From Squalus acanthias (taxonomy: Eukaryota): a stretch of 64,000 bases of DNA. A model generated the notes under the pieces. That model had not been told where the DNA came from. It worked only from the letters and a program-made list of their open reading frames with translations, and made no database searches. Each line of letters opens with the position of its first letter. The first letter of the stretch is position 1. Where the stretch lies: NCBI GenBank assembly GCA_030390025.1, contig CM059432.1:125552001-125616000 (forward strand), written 5' to 3'. Positions 39,213-51,379 of the stretch are shown here, one piece after another. The translations under genes and the position numbers were made by a program.

Positions 39213-40595
39213 TCATAGAATCAGAAGTTTATGGCACAGAAGGAGGCCATTTAGCCCATCATGTCTGTGCCAGTCGAAAGAGAGCTATCCAGCCTAATCC
39301 CACTTTCCCGCTCTTGGTCCGTAGCCCTGTAGGTTGCAGCACTTCAAGTGCATATCCAATTACTTTTTAAACACGATGAGGGTTTCTGCCTCTACCACTC
39401 TTTCAGGCAGAGAGTTCCAGACTCCCCCACCATCCTCTGGGTGAAAAAAGTTCTCAACTCCCCTCTAATCCTTCTACCAATTACTTTAAAATCCATACCC
39501 AATGGTTATTGACTTATCTGTTAAGGGAAATAGATCCTTCCAATCCACTCATACTTATACACCTCAATCAAGTCTCTCCTCAGCCTCCTGTTTCAAAGAA
39601 AACAACCCCAGCCTACCCAATCTTTCCTCACACCTAAAATTCTCCAGTCCTGGCAACATCCTCTTAAATCTCCTCTGTATCCTCTCTAGTGCAATCACAT
39701 CTTTCCTGTAATGTGACCAGAACTGTACACAGTACTCCAGCTGTGGCCTAACTAGTGTTTTATGCAGTCCTAGCATAACCTCCCTGCTCTTCTAGTCTAT
39801 ACCTCGACTAATAAAGGGAAGTATCCCGTATACCTTCTTAACCACCTAACGCCCCTGCTACCTTCAGGGATCTGTGGACATGCACTCCAAGGTCCCTCTG
39901 TTCCTCTACACTTCTCAGTATCCTACCATTTATTGTGCATTCCCTTGCCTTGTTAGCCCTCCCCAAATGCATTACCTCTCACTTCTCCAGATTGAATTCC
40001 ATTTGTCACTCTTCTACCCACCTGATCAGTCCATTGATCTCTTCCTGCAGTCTACAGCTTTCTTCCTCACTATCAACCACATGGCCAATTTTAGTATCAT
40101 CTGTAAACTTCTTAATCACATCCCCTACATTGAAGTCTAAATCACTGATATATACCACAAAAAGCAAGGGACCTGGTACTGAGCCTTGCAGAACCCCACT
40201 GGAAACAGCCTTCCAGTCTCAAAAAGACAACCATTACCCTTTGTTTCCTGCCACAGACAATTTTGGATCCAACTTGCCACTTTCCCTTGGATCCCATGGG
40301 CTTTAACTTTTCTGACCAGTTTGCCATGTGGGACCTTGTTAAAAGCCTTGCTAAAATCCGTGTAGACTACATCAAATGCACTACCCTCATTGATGCCTCC
40401 TTGTTACCTCCCCAAAAATTCAAGTTAGTCAGACTCAACCTTCCCTTAACAAATCCATGCTGACTGTCCTTGATTAATTAGTGCCTTTGGAAATGACGAT
40501 TAATACAGTCCCTCACAATTTTTTCCAAGAATTTGCCCACCACCGAGGTTAGGCTGATTGGCCTCTAATTACTCAGTCTATCCCTTTCGCCCTTT
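39213..40595 (-). mobile_element. CR1 LINE 3' part, intron 1
   Basis: LVRPQLEYCVQFWS; CR1 tail. Confidence 0.9.
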
Positions 40596-41545
40596 TTATG
40601 AAGACACATGTCCTAAGACATTAAATTGTGAAACTGCCAATGCCACCTTTATTTTAACCTGCAACACAAAAATGAACTAAAGAATTAATAGAATAAAGGA
40701 TGTCTACACTTAACTAATCTCAAACGTTTCCCTTATAATAAATTGTTCAATTCCTTTTTCCATAGAACATTTTAATTGCATCAAACCTATTTAAAATATT
40801 TGTATTGGTATTCCCTTAGTCTGCAAAAATTCTGCCAGACTTTTTTTTTACTCCTAGCCTTTAGTTTTAAAAAGGTACATCCAAGCATTTGAACTCGAGA
40901 TATTTGCCCAAATCAACCTGGGCAATCCCTATTATAATCTTGAAACATTGAATTATGTCACCTTGAAGTCTCCTCTTTTTTCCCCCAAAGAGAACAAGTT
41001 CAACTGTCCAAACACCCAACTTAACTTCCCAATGCCCTGGTTACTCCTGCTCTTACTTCTGTACTCAAAACAATTTCTTTCCTACAATTTGGTGATCAGA
41101 ACTGTGCATTGTACTTCATGAGATCTGACTTCTTGATTTGTACTCTATCCTTCTTTTGATCCAATCCAGTAACATTTACTTTCATTGAAGTTAAATATTC
41201 AGCAGTCCATTATATAATTTTATTGAAAGTGATTTAGATTTGCCACCTTCACACTTAAAAGGTTTAGCAATCTTCTGTAAACTTCACTATTAATAACCAA
41301 AAAAAGCAATTACAGGAACCCACTGTTAACCTTTTGAGTGCCTGAAAACTCTATAATGTGAGCAGTCTTTATTTGATTAAAAAAATTTGAGCTCCTGTGT
41401 CGATGCTGAAACAAACCCTACAGTAATAATGCGATTCAGGTGGCAGGACTAAGTTTTTTCATACTGTAGTAAATACTGCTTTTAAAAACTGTTCTGCATG
41501 CCTTCATCTTTCCCTTCCCCATTCTTATCGGGTTCATCCTTTTTT

Positions 41546-41702
41546 GTGGCTCAGTTGGTAGCACCTTCCCGAGTCAGAAGGTTGTGGGTTCAAGTCCCAC
41601 TGCAGGGACTGGAGCACAAAAATCTAGGTTGACACGCCAGTGCCATGCTGAGGGACTGCTGCACTGTCGCAGGTGCCGTCTTTCAGATGAAACGTTAAAC
41701 TG
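41546..41702 (+). mobile_element. DeuSINE tRNA-derived head fragment
   Basis: A box TGGCTCAGTTGG, B box GGTTCAAGTCC. Confidence 0.7.
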
Positions 41703-42787
41703 AAAATGCAAAGATTTGCCAACAGTCCCTTTTATCTTCAGTAACCACACCACCACCACCCCCTAATGTCAGTATGCTGTTAATTGTGGACATCACTGCT
41801 AAGCCCAATCCCATCAGCACATGTACTTGCCATGTGTTTTCCCTCCCTACCCCTATAATGAGGCAATGATGCCAATTGCGCTGCTCGACTCATCAGGTCA
41901 ACTAATTCCCGGGGGGGCGGAGGAAAGAGGTGTCACTCAATTGTAATTTCCAAGTAAGCTTCAAAAAAAGTCAGTACAACTTTTCCTATATTCAGGGACT
42001 TCTCCGAAGGCAGTAAGCACAGTAAGTACCTGTAATAAGGATAATCCACTTATACCCAATCCATGCCAGGGCGCGAATTCCTGCCTTTTACAAGTATCAG
42101 CAACTTAGAATCATAGAATGGTCACAGCATGGAAGGCCATTCGGCCAGTCGAGCCCGCACCGGCTCCTTGCAAGCTAGTCCCACTCCCCTGCCCTTTCCC
42201 CATAGCTCTGCAAAGTTTTTTTCTTTCAGGTACTTATCCAACTCCCTTTTGAAAGCCGTGATTAAGTCTGCCTCCACCACCCTTTCAGGCAGTGCATTCC
42301 AGATCCTAACCACTCGCTGAGTAAAAGTTTTTCCTCATGTCACCTTTGTTTCTTCTGCCAATCACCTTAAATCTGTGTCCTCTGGTTCTTGACCCTTCTG
42401 CCAATGGGCACAGTTTCTCTCTATCTACTCAATCTAGACCCCTCATGATTTTGAACACTTCTATCAAATCTCCTCAATCTTCTCTTCTCCGAGGAGAACC
42501 ACCCCAGCCTCTCCACATAACTTAAGTCCCTCATCCCTGGAATCATTCACGTAAATCTTTTCTGCACCCTCCAAGGCCTTCACATTCTTCCTAAAGTGTG
42601 GTGCCCAGAATTGGACACAATACTCCAGTTGAGGTCAAACCAGTCTTTTATACAGGTTCATCATAATTTCCACGCTTTTGTACTCTATGCCTCTATTCAT
42701 GAAGCGGAGATGCCGGTGTTGGACTGGGGTGGACAAAATTGAGAGGTCGCACAACACCAGGTTATAGTCCAACAGTTTTATTTGAAA

Positions 42788-42825
42788 TCACAAGCTTTCG
42801 GAGCTATCACTCCTTCCTCAGGTGA
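42788..42825 (-). ncRNA. Hammerhead ribozyme family B (sense to PABPC1 pre-mRNA)
   Basis: TCAC-CTGAGGA-A-GGAGT-gata-GCTCC-GAAA-GCTT-GTGA. Confidence 0.78.
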
Positions 42826-42895
42826 AGTAAATTGGATACAGAATCGCCAGAGCATATATATATATATGCTCTGGCGATTCTGTATCCAATTTACT

Positions 42896-42933
42896 TCACC
42901 TGAGGAAGGAGTGATAGCTCCGAAAGCTTGTGA
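42896..42933 (+). ncRNA. Hammerhead ribozyme family B (mirror copy)
   Basis: Identical sequence on the + strand. Confidence 0.78.
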
Positions 42934-44454
42934 TTTCAAATAAAACTGTTGGACTATAACCTGGTGTTGTGCGACCTCTCAATTCTATTCATGAAGCCCG
43001 GGATCCCATAAGCTTTTTTAACTGCTTTCTCAACCTGCCCTGCCACCTTCAACGATTTGTGCACATATACCCCTAGGTCTCTCTGTTCATGCACTCCCTT
43101 TAGGATTGTACCCTTTAATTTATATTTCTTCTCCTCATTCTTTCTACCAAAATGTATCACTTCGCACTTTTCTGCGTTAAATTTCATCTACCACGTGCCC
43201 GCCCATTTCACCAGCCTGTCTATGTCCTCTTGAAGTCTATCACTATCCTCCTCACTGTTCACTATACTTCCAAGTTTTGTGTCATCTGCAAATTTTGAAA
43301 TAGTGCCCTGTACACCTAATTCCAAGTCATTAATATATATATATCAAGAAAAGCAGTGGTCTTAGAACTGACCCCTGGGGATCACCACTGTATACCTTCC
43401 TCCAGTTCAAAAAACAACCGTTCAGCACTACTTTGTTTCCTGTCACTTAGCCAATTTCGTATCCATGCTGCCACTGTCCTTTTTATTCCATGGGCTTCAC
43501 TTTGCTGGCAAGCCTATTATGTGGCACTGTCGAATGCCTTTTGGAAATCCGTATATACCACATCAACCGCATTACCCTCATCAAAAAACTTGATCAAGTT
43601 GGCTAAACACGATATGCCTTTAACAAATCTGTGCTGGCTTTCCTTAATTAATCCAATAGAAAAGTGTAGTCCAGCCTCACATTGGTCTCTCTTACTGTGA
43701 GGCACTTAATTCCTCAGACATCTTCTACTTCCTGTGGACAAAGGTGCTGGCCCATTGTCATCTCCTCGGATAGGAAGTACTAAGATTGGGAATCTATGCA
43801 CACAACATACTAACTGAAGATTTAAAAACTGTTTCTAAGAATAGCCGGGGGGTCACCAAGAGAGAAAGGTGATGGTGAGTGTAAACACTGCATTTATTCT
43901 ATTCATACTGTTACACACCATAATCTGGCTAAGAGACAGTCAGACAATCTGATGCAACTATTACCCATTTCTCTTTTTCCATTCCCCCCCGAAATGTTTG
44001 GGAACACAGAATGGCAGTAGAAGCAAAGGCAAAATAATTATTCTAGAATACTGTTCAGATAGCTTGTTCAAATACCATTGCTGGCATTGGTCCACATTTT
44101 CTCTACAGTCCCCAGTTGTGCAAGAGGAAGATAGTTTGTTTCCTTATTCTAGATGCAGCTGGTGTACAACTTACCTGATGTGACATTTAGCTCTAGCCCA
44201 ATACAAAATGTTTGCTTATAGTGTGCCCATCCAACAGCTCAAAACACAAGTGCGACAGATTGTGGCACCAAGAAGTGTACAGACATCTCCTTTACCCTCT
44301 TGTTTACAAATTAGAGATGAATTCTCTCAATTTCCATCCTGCTGCTTTAGATACACTGCCCTGGCTCACCCAGGCCACTGTAGAAATGTATCTTTCTATG
44401 CCAAATTAGATCCAGTTTCAGCATAGAACACAAGGGACTGATTGTAAGCAAATG

Positions 44455-44878
44455 AACTTGCATAGTTGCTTTCATGACCTCAGGACATCCCAAGGCACTT
44501 CAGTCAACTTTTGATGTGTAATTGTGGTCATAATGTCTGGGAACATGGCAACAATGTATACACAGCAAGATCCCACAAGTAGCAATGAGATAAATGGCCA
44601 GATAACCTGATTTGGTGATGTTGTTTGAGGAATAAATGTTAACCAGGACAATAGTAGAACTTTGCTGCTCTCCTTCAGATAGAGCCATGGGGTCTTTTAT
44701 GCCCATGAGGCAACAGATGGAGTCTCATTTTAACAGCTCCTCCAGAAAATGGCACCTCCAACAGTGTAGCAGCACTGCACTAAACTGTCAGTGCAAATTA
44801 TGTGGTCACATCGCTGGAGTGGGGTTTGAACCTACAGCCTTCTGACAGAAGTACGGTTGCGACCACTGAGCCGAGGCG
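44455..44878 (-). mobile_element. Near full-length DeuSINE-like SINE, intron 1
   Basis: tRNA head (GGCTCAGTGG, GGTTCAAACCC), Deu-like core AAAGACCCCATGGC...GAGCAG, L2 tail. Confidence 0.75.
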
Positions 44879-45553
44879 GATGTAGTGCAGAGCCGTGTGT
44901 TTCTTGGACAAACATACAACTCGGAATTCTGCTGATGGCTCAGCAAGTTTAACGCATGAGAAGCTGAATCAGTTTGATTCCTGATCCGATTAGAACTAGT
45001 TGATATCAAATCAGGGACATCGTCGGCAAGCTCAGCTGACCGCAGCCGGGGGGGGGGGGGGGGCAGGAAGAGAAACCGAGGCTCGATCCCATTCCTTCGC
45101 AATAGGCAGCAGGCCATACTGATAAGCACATGTATGGAATAAGCTGTCGAATTCTCACATGAAGAACGGCCACTCGGGCGAGGGTATGGGAGGGCGGTCT
45201 TGAAATCCGATTAATTCACCCGTGAATTTTAAAAAAAAGCCGGTTGGGGCAGGCGGGTCGGATCCCCAATGTTAGGCGAGTGATTAAAGATTTTACAGAC
45301 AGCCCTCATTCTACGTCAGGTGCGGTGAGTCAGAATAAGACTGGTGTGTGTCGAGGCCGCTCTTCAGGCGCCGTGCATAATATGTGAGAGAGAGAGAGAG
45401 AGAGACACGCCACATGGTGGCTGCCAGGGCCCGAAACTCGGCTCTTTGGAAACAACTCAGGCCCGAGTTGAAGCGCGCACATGGAAACTCATGACACGTG
45501 GGTGCCGACATCTCTCTCCCATCCCCAAGTGTCAGCCCTTCCATGTCCAACTA

Positions 45554-45847
<294 letters not shown>

Positions 45848-46417
45848 TCAACCCGAGGAGCTTTGAAAAAAACACTCACTCAACTCAACTCACTCGGTGC
45901 TGCGGCAGTTGGGAGAGAGAGAGAGAGAGAGAGAAAAAAGGCCCAACTAGATGGAAGCGGCGCTTCAGGAAAAAAAATTATAGAAGGCGCGGGGTGGAGA
46001 ACAAATTAAAAAGAGAGGAGAGAGAAAAAAAAAAATCAGATCTCAAGCAAGCGGCGGGTCGGGTCGGGTCTCTCGCTCGGAGGTCCAGGCGGCGGCGGCG
46101 TCGAGTGCGGGCCGGGGCCGGGAGGAGGAGGTCCTGCGGCGGGCAGGAGCAGCAGGAGGAGCCGAGGCCCGGTCGGTGGGTGAGGTGAGGTGAGGGAGTC
46201 TGTTTGTGACGATTCCGAGCCGCTCGCGGGTCCGTGTTCTTGTCGGCGGCGGTTTCTTTTCAATTTTTTTTTTCCTTATCTTTTTTTTCTCCTCTCGGAT
46301 CCGGAGACGTCGGGAGAAAGAATCTTCTCGTCGTAAGACTTTGATTTCGGTTTTTTTTAATTTTCCTTTTTTTTCCTCCTTCTGCTTCTCTTCCCTCCCG
46401 CTGCTGCTGCTGGCTGC

Positions 46418-46495
46418 TTTTTTTTTGGGATTTTTTTTTTTAAATTTTTTTTGGGGGGGTTTTAAGAGTTTTTTTTTAAATTTTTTTTTTAAATC
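46418..46495 (-). promoter_or_regulatory. A-rich autoregulatory sequence (ARS) in PABPC1 5'UTR
   Basis: Five oligo(A) tracts of ~8-11 nt separated by short pyrimidine spacers (TTT, CTCTT, CCCCCCC, TCCC); position matches the known vertebrate PABPC1 ARS. Confidence 0.85.
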
Positions 46496-46620
46496 ATTTA
46501 TATATAAGAGAGAGAACAGAAAAGTGTGCTGACGGGGAGAGCTCGGGTGGAGCCTGGTGCACACGGACACACACACACACACAGCCGGGGATCGGAGGGT
46601 CCAAGCCAGCGGCTCGCCCC

Positions 46621-46628
46621 TATTTATA
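46621..46628 (-). promoter_or_regulatory. TATA box (TATAAATA); predicted TSS ~46598 at a pyrimidine tract CCCTCC
   Basis: Minus-strand CCTATAAATAGGGG; CCCTCC (46599-46594) lies ~30 nt downstream. Confidence 0.75.
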
Positions 46629-46997
46629 GGCGCGCACGCCCCGCCCCTCCCCGCTCTCCAACCACCCCCGCGTCGCTTCCGGCGGCGCACGACTCCTCCT
46701 TTTCCCTCCCCCGCCTCTTCACCCTCGCTCCGCCCCGCCCGATCGTCCACACGCGGCACGCCGGCGCGTGCGCAGACGTCACAATCGCGCGTCAGTGCGC
46801 CTCTTCCGCGCTCGGCCGGAAAAAAAATAGTCCCGACCACTCTGCAAAGTAAACCCCCACCCCCTCGTTCAATCATCGCGAGATTTCCAAAAGCCAGCCC
46901 TCAGTCGGCGAAGTCAGGTGGTCGCCCTCAGGTGCGGGGCAGCGGTTACACACCTGTAATGCCTGGAAGTGGAGCGCAATTATGCACATTAATACGA

Positions 46998-47210
46998 AAG
47001 CACAATACTGCGGATGATGGAAATCCGAAATAACAACAGAAAACGCTGGAAAAACTCAGCAGGCCGGGCAACATCCGTGAAGAGAGAAACAGAGTTAACG
47101 TTTCAGGTCGAAGACCTTTCGTCAGAACTGGAAAAAAGCAGGAAATGAAATAGATTTTAAAGCAAGTTTAGGGCTGGGAAAAGGGGGAGGGGAAGAAAGA
47201 ACAAAAGGGA
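46998..47210 (-). mobile_element. Penelope family A 3' end just upstream of the PABPC1 promoter
   Basis: Matches 63450-63660. Confidence 0.85.
47093..47129 (-). ncRNA. Hammerhead ribozyme family A
   Basis: AGTT-CTGACGA-A-AGGTC-ttc-GACCT-GAAA-CGTT-AACT. Confidence 0.8.
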
Positions 47211-47406
47211 CTGAAGTGCATCATCATTCCCGGAATACAATTTTAATTTAAGTCGTTAAGATTCTTTTAATGTTTTAAGTTATAGTTTTATTGTTTTAAC
47301 CAGAAGAGTATTAATGCTTTGCTCAGATTTATTTACTTAAGAGATATATTTCATATGTTATCTCATATTTGACCCTGAAATGTCCACATATCCGCGCCAT
47401 AAAGAA

Positions 47407-47792
47407 AAAAAACTTGCATTTATATAGCGCCTTTCACGACCACCGGACGTCCTAAAGTGCTTTACAGCCAATGAAGTACTTTTTTGAAGTGTAGTCACTG
47501 CTGTAATGCGGGAAACGTGGCAGCCAGTTTCTGCACAGCAAGCTCCCACAAACAGCAATGTGATAATGACCAGATAATCTGTTTTTGTTATGGTGATCGA
47601 GGGATAAATATTGGCCAGGACACCGGGGATAACTCCCCTGCTCTTTTATGTCCACCCAAGAGAGCAGACGGGGCCTCGGTTTAACGTCTCATCTGAAAGA
47701 CAGCACCTCGCCGGCAGTGCAGCACTCCCTCAGTACTGCACTGGATTGTCAGCCTAGATTTTTTTTTTGTGCTCAAGTCTCTGGAGTGGGAT
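47407..47792 (-). mobile_element. DeuSINE (SacSINE1-like), well preserved
   Basis: GAGCAGGGGAGTTATCCCCGGTGTCCTGGCCAATATTTATCCCTC core; tail AAAGGCGCTATATAAATGCAAG. Confidence 0.8.
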
Positions 47793-47794
47793 GA

Positions 47795-48030
47795 GCTGAG
47801 CTCCCGACCACACATCCGTGCCATAACTAAAACCGCCTATTTCCACCTCTAACATCGCCTGACTCTGCCCCTGCCTCAGCTCATCTGCTGCTGAAACCCT
47901 CATCCATGCCTTTGTTACCTCTAGACTTGACTATTCCAATGCACTCCTGGCTGGCCTCCTACGTTTTACCCTACATAAACTTGAGGTCATCCAAAACTCA
48001 GCTGCCTGTGTCCTAACTCTCTCCAAGTCC
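47795..48030 (+). mobile_element. L2 fragment
   Basis: Encodes IHAFVTSRLDYSNALLAGL. Confidence 0.8.
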
Positions 48031-48034
48031 TGCC

Positions 48035-48240
48035 GAGGTGTGATAAAAGGCAGTCAGAAAGATTAACTGTAGTCGTCTGACATTGTACTCTGCACAGGCA
48101 TTGTTCTCTGTCTATATATGCTGTGCCGATTTGTATTTCTTCACTTCACCTGACGAAGGAGCAGCAGCTCCGAAAGCTTGTGATTTCAAATAAAACTGTT
48201 GGACTATAACCTGGTGTTGTGCGACTTCTCACTTTTGTCT
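48035..48240 (+). mobile_element. Penelope family B 3' end/pLTR
   Basis: Matches 18780-18919. Confidence 0.8.
48146..48183 (+). ncRNA. Hammerhead ribozyme family B
   Basis: TCAC-CTGACGA-A-GGAGC-agca-GCTCC-GAAA-GCTT-GTGA. Confidence 0.8.
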
Positions 48241-48639
48241 GGAATGTGTAATTTGACCCTGTCTGGTGTAGAGTGATTGAAGGTCTCTTCGATGTGTAAT
48301 TTGATCCAGTATCAGGCCTCGTCAGGCAGGCTCCAGAGTTCACAGTATTAACACTTTCTGATTTCAGATAACAGACAGGGTTCACACTCCTGGGTTAGGA
48401 ATATGCACTGCGCTCACACTCCCAAGTTCAGAGAACACACAGCGCTCATGCTACTGATTTCAGAGAACGCACAGCACTCACACTCCCGGGTTCAGGTCTT
48501 CATCGCTGACAGTCAGACTTCAACTTTTAAACCCTATATTCCTGATTTCACAAGAATGTCAAAAAAAACCTCACAAACCTACTGTTAACATCTTTCCACC
48601 ATACAGAGAGCATAGTGATTCCGGTGGAAGTGAATGATA

Positions 48640-49085
48640 CCGGGGCTTAAAGTGTTAAATTATGAGGCCATTTTTTATAAACTTGTCTTGTATTCCCTTA
48701 AATTTATAAGATTGAGGAGTGATCTAGTCAAGGTGTTTAAGATGTTAAAAGGATTCATAGGCTAGAGAAACTATTTCCTCTGGTGGGGGAGAATCCAGAA
48801 CAAGGGGCCATAACCTTAAAATTAGAGCTAGGCCGTTCAGGGGTGATGTCAGGAAGCATTTTTTCACACAAAGGGCAGTGGAAATCTAGAACTCTCTCCA
48901 CAAAAACGCTGTGGATGCTGGGGGTCAATTGGAGCTGAGATCGCTAGATTTTTGTTAGGTAAGGTTAACAAGGGATATTGAGCTAAGACAGGTAAATGGA
49001 GTTGAGATACGGATCAGCCATGATTTGTTTGAATAGCGGAGGGGCTCGAGGGGCTGACTGGCCTCTTTCTGTTCATATGTTCCAA
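48640..49085 (+). mobile_element. CR1 3' end
   Basis: Homologous to the CR1 3' region at 6530-6810 and to other CR1 tails. Confidence 0.8.
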
Positions 49086-49257
49086 TGAATGTGACCCCAT
49101 GAACGAGCGATGCAAGATCATGCGGGGTGCTGTAGCCTTTTCTCTGAGGCTGAATTCGACAAATCCACAGCATTGACTATTTTACATAATTTGAGCTGCA
49201 AGGGCGGTTGAGTGAGGCGCATTTCATTCAACGAGAATAGGTGAGGGTGACATTGTT

Positions 49258-50810
49258 GGAACATAAGAATTAGGAGCAGGAGTAGGCCATATGGCCCCTT
49301 GAGGCTGCTCCACCATTCAATAAGATCATGGCTGATCTTTGACCTCAACTCCACTTTCCTGCCCTATCCCCATATCCCTTAATTCCCCTGGAGTCCAAAA
49401 ATCTATCTATCTCAGCCTTGAAAAATCTCTATGGAAATAAACTTGCAGGGCTACGAGGATAGAGCGGGGGAATGGGACTGACTGGATTGCTCTACAGAGA
49501 GCTGGCACAGACCCGATGGGCCGAATGGCCGCCTTCTGTGCCGCTGTGACTCTATGAAGATATTCAACGATTCAGCATCCACAGCCCTTTGGAGTAGAGA
49601 ATTCCAAAGATTCACAACCCTCTGAGTGAAGAAATTCCCCCTCATCTCAGTCTTAAAAGGCCGGCCCCTTATCCTGAGACTATGCCCCCTAGTTCTAGAC
49701 TCTCCAGCCAGCGGAAACAACCTCTCAGCATCTACCCTGTCAATCCCCCTCAGAATCTTGTGTTTCAATGAGATCACCTCTCATTCTTCTAAACTCCAGA
49801 GAGTATAGGCCCATTCTACTCAATCTCTTCTCATAGAACAACCCTCTCATCCTTGGAATCAATCCAGTGAACCTTTGTTGCACTGCTGCTAAGGCAAGTA
49901 TATCCTTCCTTAGATAAGGAGACCAAAACTGTGCACAGTACTCCAGGTGTGGTCTCACCAGAGCCCTGTACAATTGTAGCAAGACTTCCTTACTCTTATA
50001 CTCCAACCCCCTTGCAATAAAGGCCAACATGCCATTTGCCTTCCTCATTGCTTGCTGTACCTGCATACTAACTCTGTGTTTCCTGTATGAGGACACCTAT
50101 AATCTCTCTGAACACCAACATTTAATAGTTTCTCACCATTTAAATAAATATTCGGTTTTTCTATTCTTCCTACCAAAGTGAATAACCTCACATTTCCCCA
50201 CATTGTATTCCATCTGCCACTTTATTATCCACTCACTGAACCTGTCTGAATCCATTTGCAGGCTCTTTGTGTCCTCCTCACAGCTTACTTTCCCACCTAG
50301 CTTTGTATCATCAGCAAACTTGGATACATTACACTCGGTCCCTTCATCTAAGTCATTAATATAGATTGTAAACTGCTGAGGCCCACTGATCCTTGCGGCA
50401 CTCCACTAGTTACAGCCTGTCAACCTGAAAATGACTCGTTTATCCCTACACTCTGTTTTCTGTCTGTTAACCAATCCTCTATCCATGCTAATATATTACC
50501 CACAACCCCATGAGCCCTTATCTTGTGCAACAACCTTTTATGTGACACCTTATCGAATGCCTTTTGGAAATCCAAATATACTACATCCACTGGTTCCCCT
50601 TTATCTACCCTATCGAGTTACATCCTCAAAAAACTCTAATAAATTTGTTAAACATGATTTACCTTTCATAAAACCATGTTGACTCTGCCTAATATTATGA
50701 TTTTCTAAGTGCCCTGTTACCATTTCCTTAATAATGGATTCCAGCATTTTCCTGACAACTGATGTCAGGCTAATGTTTTGTCTCTCCCTCCTTTCTTGAA
50801 TAGCAGGGTT
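49258..50810 (-). mobile_element. CR1 LINE 3' part with a short opposite-strand CR1 tail inserted at ~49425-49555
   Basis: LVRPHLEYCAQFWSP, SQHGFMKGKSCLTNLLEFFE. Confidence 0.9.
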
Positions 50811-51379
50811 ATATTTGAGTAACATTACATTGGAAAGTGACATCACTAGCAGATTCTTAGCATGCGCTGAGAATGACATCATTGTGTGGCCCGGCTCATG
50901 CACAGGGTGACATCAAGAGTCGACCAAAAACCAGAAGTACCCACACGGTCGCTAATCACTCGTCAAACTAAACACTCTGGTGAGAGCTGTGGTGATTGAT
51001 GAAGCATTGCATGTGGCTCACGGATTATTGGGTAGAGAGTGGGGGGGGTCACCTTTTACATTGTGAAGTGAATAGTGACAGTGTCATGACTGTCGGATTT
51101 CGTCCAGTCCAATTACGGCACTTGTCGCACACGCACTGGGCTTTACGAGAAATCAACTCACTGCCATTTATGGTCAAGAGCATGATCCAGGTCTACGGGT
51201 AGAGGAGAGGGAGAACGTGGCGCAGGTTTAAAGGGGGTGGAAGAATGTGATCCAGGGCTAACAGAGGCAGGGGAAGACGTGATCCGTCATCCCATCTGGA
51301 TTACGTTCTCGCTCTCATCCCCCCATTTAGACCTGGATCACGTTCTTCCCCTCCCCTCCCCACTGTTCTCTACGTGCTC

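Larger units (their letters stand above)
42706..42984. mobile_element. Fold-back Penelope family B pLTR insertion with a perfect 248-bp palindrome (42737-42984)
   Basis: Arms checked base by base; TSD CTATTCATGAAGC 42693-42705 / 42985-42997. Confidence 0.92.
42108..43630 (-). mobile_element. CR1 LINE 3' part in intron 1, interrupted by a palindromic Penelope insertion
   Basis: MKFNAEKCEVIHFGRKN, RIWNALP. Confidence 0.9.
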
